DNA of 9,771 bases. Origin: a virus. Its lineage: Duplodnaviria > Heunggongvirae > Uroviricota > Caudoviricetes. Below the pieces are notes generated by a model. That model did no database searches. It saw nothing but the letters and a program-made list of their open reading frames with translations, and was not told the origin of the DNA. A program made the translations under genes and the position numbers. Positions within the stretch are counted from its first letter, which is position 1; every line of letters starts with the position of its first letter. Shown here one piece after another: positions 7,187 through 9,771 of the stretch. Where the stretch lies: the IMG/VR virus record IMGVR_UViG_2706794699_000003; one strand, 5' to 3'.

Positions 7187-7573
7187 CTACATAATTCGTT
7201 CTACGTATCTGTCCATCTCCAGCCGGATATCAAGCATCATCAACATGCCATCAATAACCCCTTCCGCTTTCTGCAGGCGCTTGCCAATACAGGTATCCGA
7301 ACACCCATGTTTCCGTGCCAGACTCATAAAAGTCATTCCACCTACGTAATAATCCACCAGCAAATCGTGCAAATCCTGATTTTTCTTGTTCAACCGGGCC
7401 ATACAGCCACAAATTATCATTGCATCATCATCAGAACACTGAGGGCGTGATTTCACTTTCGACGGAATTAACCCTTTAAAACCAGCAGCGATCGACGCCC
7501 AGGATACATCTTCATGAGTGTTTGCAGCCCAAGCCCCCCACCGTTCCATAACCTGCTGAATATCACGCGCCAT
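7187..7573 (-). CDS. Q: Late-gene antiterminator Q (QuuD / phage 82-21 type)
   Basis: [61 protein letters not shown]...[20 protein letters not shown] closely resembles recalled E. coli prophage QuuD. ATG at 7573 has AGGTGA 5 nt upstream and overlaps the RusA end by 11 nt; the ATG at 7594 is less likely. Confidence 0.85.
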   Translation of the reverse strand: MARDIQQVMERWGAWAANTHEDVSWASIAAGFKGLIPSKVKSRPQCSDDDAMIICGCMARLNKKNQDLHDLLVDYYVGGMTFMSLARKHGCSDTCIGKRLQKAEGVIDGMLMMLDIRLEMDRYVERIM

Positions 7574-7934
7574 CGTTATCACCTGTGATTTCATAAATCT
7601 TCACGCCCAGTCGCCCACCAGGAACGAGCTGACCGCGCACAATATTGATTTCATCAAACTGCTCGTCGTCTATGAGTAGTCCGGCATGCGTCAGCGCATC
7701 CAGTGGTGCTTTCAGGATATTGTCCAGGTCACGACGGCGCTTATCCGGTGGCTCTGCAATAATCTTTATCGCCAGCCTTCCGGACAGGTTTAATTTCAGC
7801 CGCTGCTGGCGAACAATTAGCGTCACATCACGGCGATAACGCTCACCAACTTTTGATACAAAATATGTGCTGCCACGACGTCGCCAGTAAGTATTCACCG
7901 TCGGCGGATAAGGTAAAATAAACTCATGGCGCAT
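7563..7934 (-). CDS. rusA: RusA Holliday-junction resolvase
   Basis: 123-aa product with the RusA catalytic region ([30 protein letters not shown]). Sits immediately upstream of Q, as in lambdoid nin regions. Confidence 0.9.
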   Translation of the reverse strand: MRHEFILPYPPTVNTYWRRRGSTYFVSKVGERYRRDVTLIVRQQRLKLNLSGRLAIKIIAEPPDKRRRDLDNILKAPLDALTHAGLLIDDEQFDEINIVRGQLVPGGRLGVKIYEITGDNDGA

Positions 7935-8191
7935 CAGCGCAGCACCTCCTGCACCATTTTTTCAAACTTTCCAACTTTGGTTTCCAGCTCTGCCACACAA
8001 TCAACGAGCTCATCCACCGCTTTTTGTGCGCGATGTTTCGCCTGCATCAGTTCCCTGAGCGCTGGCACCATATCCCGACGAATGGCATCTTTTGTTACAC
8101 CTGTTTTTTCCAGTTGTTCCGCCTGTCGCAACATTTCCTGCGCGTGTTTACGCAATTGTTCAGAGGTAAAAGTCATTGTCTGGTTGTTCAA
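7934..8191 (-). CDS. Small alpha-helical / coiled-coil protein of unknown function (80-85 aa)
   Basis: Heptad-like charged sequence (EQLRKHAQEMLRQAEQLEKTGV...KAVDELVDCVAELETKVGKFEKMVQEVLR). A TTG start overlaps the helicase stop (TTTGA) with GGAG about 9 nt upstream; the alternative ATG is at 8176. Its TGA overlaps the rusA ATG. Confidence 0.5.
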   Translation of the reverse strand: MNNQTMTFTSEQLRKHAQEMLRQAEQLEKTGVTKDAIRRDMVPALRELMQAKHRAQKAVDELVDCVAELETKVGKFEKMVQEVLR

Positions 8192-9579
8192 AAGAAACGC
8201 TCCATCTTACTGCTGTCGGTACGTGTATTGCTGTATCTGCGCGGCTGGGGCTGCCGCATTGGGGTGGAAAGAACCTGTGCGCTTTCCTGGTCCACAGGCA
8301 GAAAATGTCCGTTATAAAAACGCCGGTAAATCGTCCCCAGAGAACCGTTACGTTGTTTCGTGATATTAATTTCTGCTATGCCTGTAGCCTGTGTATCCGG
8401 GTTGTACACTTCATCCCTGTAAAGCATCAGAATGATGTCTGCATCCGCCTCTATTTCTCCGGAATTTTTCAGGTCTGAGTTCATGGGACGTTTATTGGGT
8501 CTGGACTCCACACCGCGGGAGAGCTGGCTCAGCGCAATCAACGGAAAACCACCGGATTTTGCCAGGCCTTTAAGCCCCTTTGAGATTTCACCCACGGCAA
8601 GGTCATGACGCCCCGTGGTTCGGGTTTTTATCAGCCCGAGATAATCAACCACCACCAGCGCCGTTTCCGGATGTTTAATCAGATGGTGTTTCGTTGTTGC
8701 GCATATCTCATCAATGGTCAGGTTCGCCTGGTCCACCATCCAGATATTGCGCCCGGTCATCCGCCCCACCCCTTGTGAGAAACGCGCCCAGTCTTCATCT
8801 TCAAAGTGAGCCACAGATTTCAGGCGTGATACTGGCATCCCTCCAGCCGCAGACACCATACGTTCACCAATCTGGATGTTCGCCATCTCCATGGTGAACA
8901 GAAGCACACCATGCCCCTGCTCAGTCACCTTGTCGATGATGTCCAGCGCAAGTTCGGTTTTCCCCATCGAAGGACGGGCGGCAATGAATACCAGGTCTCC
9001 GGGCTCCATACCGCCTGTTTTTGCGTCCAGTTCATCAATACCGGTCATCAACGTCCTGGATTTCTCCAGCCCCTGATTCCGGCATTCAACACGCTCAACC
9101 ACTTCCGGAAGCACATCATCAATATGTACCGGCTGAATGACGCCCTTTCCTGTCGACAGTGTGACCATCATGTTCTGCGCATCCTTCAGGGCATCTTCAG
9201 CTGCTTCACAGGTATGCGCATCACGTAATTTCTGCAGCGCCTCATTCAGTGTTTTTTCTGCATCGCGCAGTGCGGCATTGCGCCGCAACGCTGCAACATA
9301 GTGCTCCAGTGAAGACTTCACCCAGGTTTTACGCCCGGTATCAGTAATCACCGGGGCAAGTTCCGGCATCTCATTACACAACAGCACGGGGTCAATCACT
9401 CCTGAAACACGGGCCTGTCTGCAGATGCCTGTGTAGATATCCCGATACGCTCGTACAGAAAAAATGTCCGCCGGTAGTGTGATCAGAATATCCATCACTT
9501 CATGATCTGCCCCACGCAGAAAGAATGCGCCAATGACAGCGCCTTCCAGGTCATCATTACGCCAGACTGGTGTTGTCAT
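8188..9579 (-). CDS. DnaB-family replicative DNA helicase
   Basis: Walker A (ARPSMGKTELALDI), DnaB-type C-terminal RecA-like core (LIALSQLSRGVESRPNKRPMNSDLKNSGEIEADADIILMLYRDEVY) and DnaB N-domain. Preferred start is the ATG at 9579 with AGAGGTG 7 nt upstream; the ORF-track extension to 9720 lacks a good start. Confidence 0.9.
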   Translation of the reverse strand: MTTPVWRNDDLEGAVIGAFFLRGADHEVMDILITLPADIFSVRAYRDIYTGICRQARVSGVIDPVLLCNEMPELAPVITDTGRKTWVKSSLEHYVAALRRNAALRDAEKTLNEALQKLRDAHTCEAAEDALKDAQNMMVTLSTGKGVIQPVHIDDVLPEVVERVECRNQGLEKSRTLMTGIDELDAKTGGMEPGDLVFIAARPSMGKTELALDIIDKVTEQGHGVLLFTMEMANIQIGERMVSAAGGMPVSRLKSVAHFEDEDWARFSQGVGRMTGRNIWMVDQANLTIDEICATTKHHLIKHPETALVVVDYLGLIKTRTTGRHDLAVGEISKGLKGLAKSGGFPLIALSQLSRGVESRPNKRPMNSDLKNSGEIEADADIILMLYRDEVYNPDTQATGIAEINITKQRNGSLGTIYRRFYNGHFLPVDQESAQVLSTPMRQPQPRRYSNTRTDSSKMERFF

Positions 9580-9771
9580 GCAGCCACACCTCTGATACAA
9601 GAACGGTAGCTGGGCCAGTTGAACGACAACCAGTTGCGCCCCCCGTCTGTGATCCTGTCGGCAATGCGGGGGCTGATGAACGCTGGATTTGCCCCTATAT
9701 TTCCAGACACCTGTTATCACTTAACCCATTACTGGCTTGCTGCCGTAGATATTCCCGTGGCGAGCGATAAC

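Noticed and set aside
9580-9720. 5' extension of the helicase ORF to 9720, and a possible 44-aa GTG-initiated ORF (9577..9710) ending in an ATGA overlap with the helicase start
   Set aside because: The extension lacks a convincing start and Shine-Dalgarno. The 44-aa ORF is too short and unsupported to call, though translational coupling to an upstream partial gene remains possible.

Overview
This window is the replication-to-packaging segment of a mosaic lambdoid prophage of an enterobacterium (E. coli-like), with every gene I can support on the minus strand. Reading in the direction of transcription (high to low coordinates): DnaB-type replicative helicase, an 80-aa coiled-coil ORF, RusA resolvase, Q antiterminator, a pR'/tR'-like late promoter and terminator, a cargo gene for an ORF6N-domain protein, four tightly packed tRNAs (anticodons CAU, UCU, UGU, UCC), a phage-21-type lysis cassette (holin, SAR endolysin, Rz with embedded Rz1), an HNH endonuclease, a putative cos region, terminase small (P27-type) and large subunits, a 60-aa two-helix membrane ORF, and an HK97-family portal. 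Two N runs (4437-4802 and 5278-5579) hide the holin start, the endolysin C-terminus and the Rz N-terminus. No CRISPR array, integrase or IS element is visible. Homolog names (lambda Rz/Rz1, phage 21/DLP12 S and R, QuuD, RusA, E. coli ileX and glyT) come from recalled sequence similarity, not from a search. The most plausible candidates for something undescribed are the ORF6N-domain cargo gene in the Q-to-lysis slot and the small membrane ORF between terminase and portal; neither has a function I can assign from sequence.
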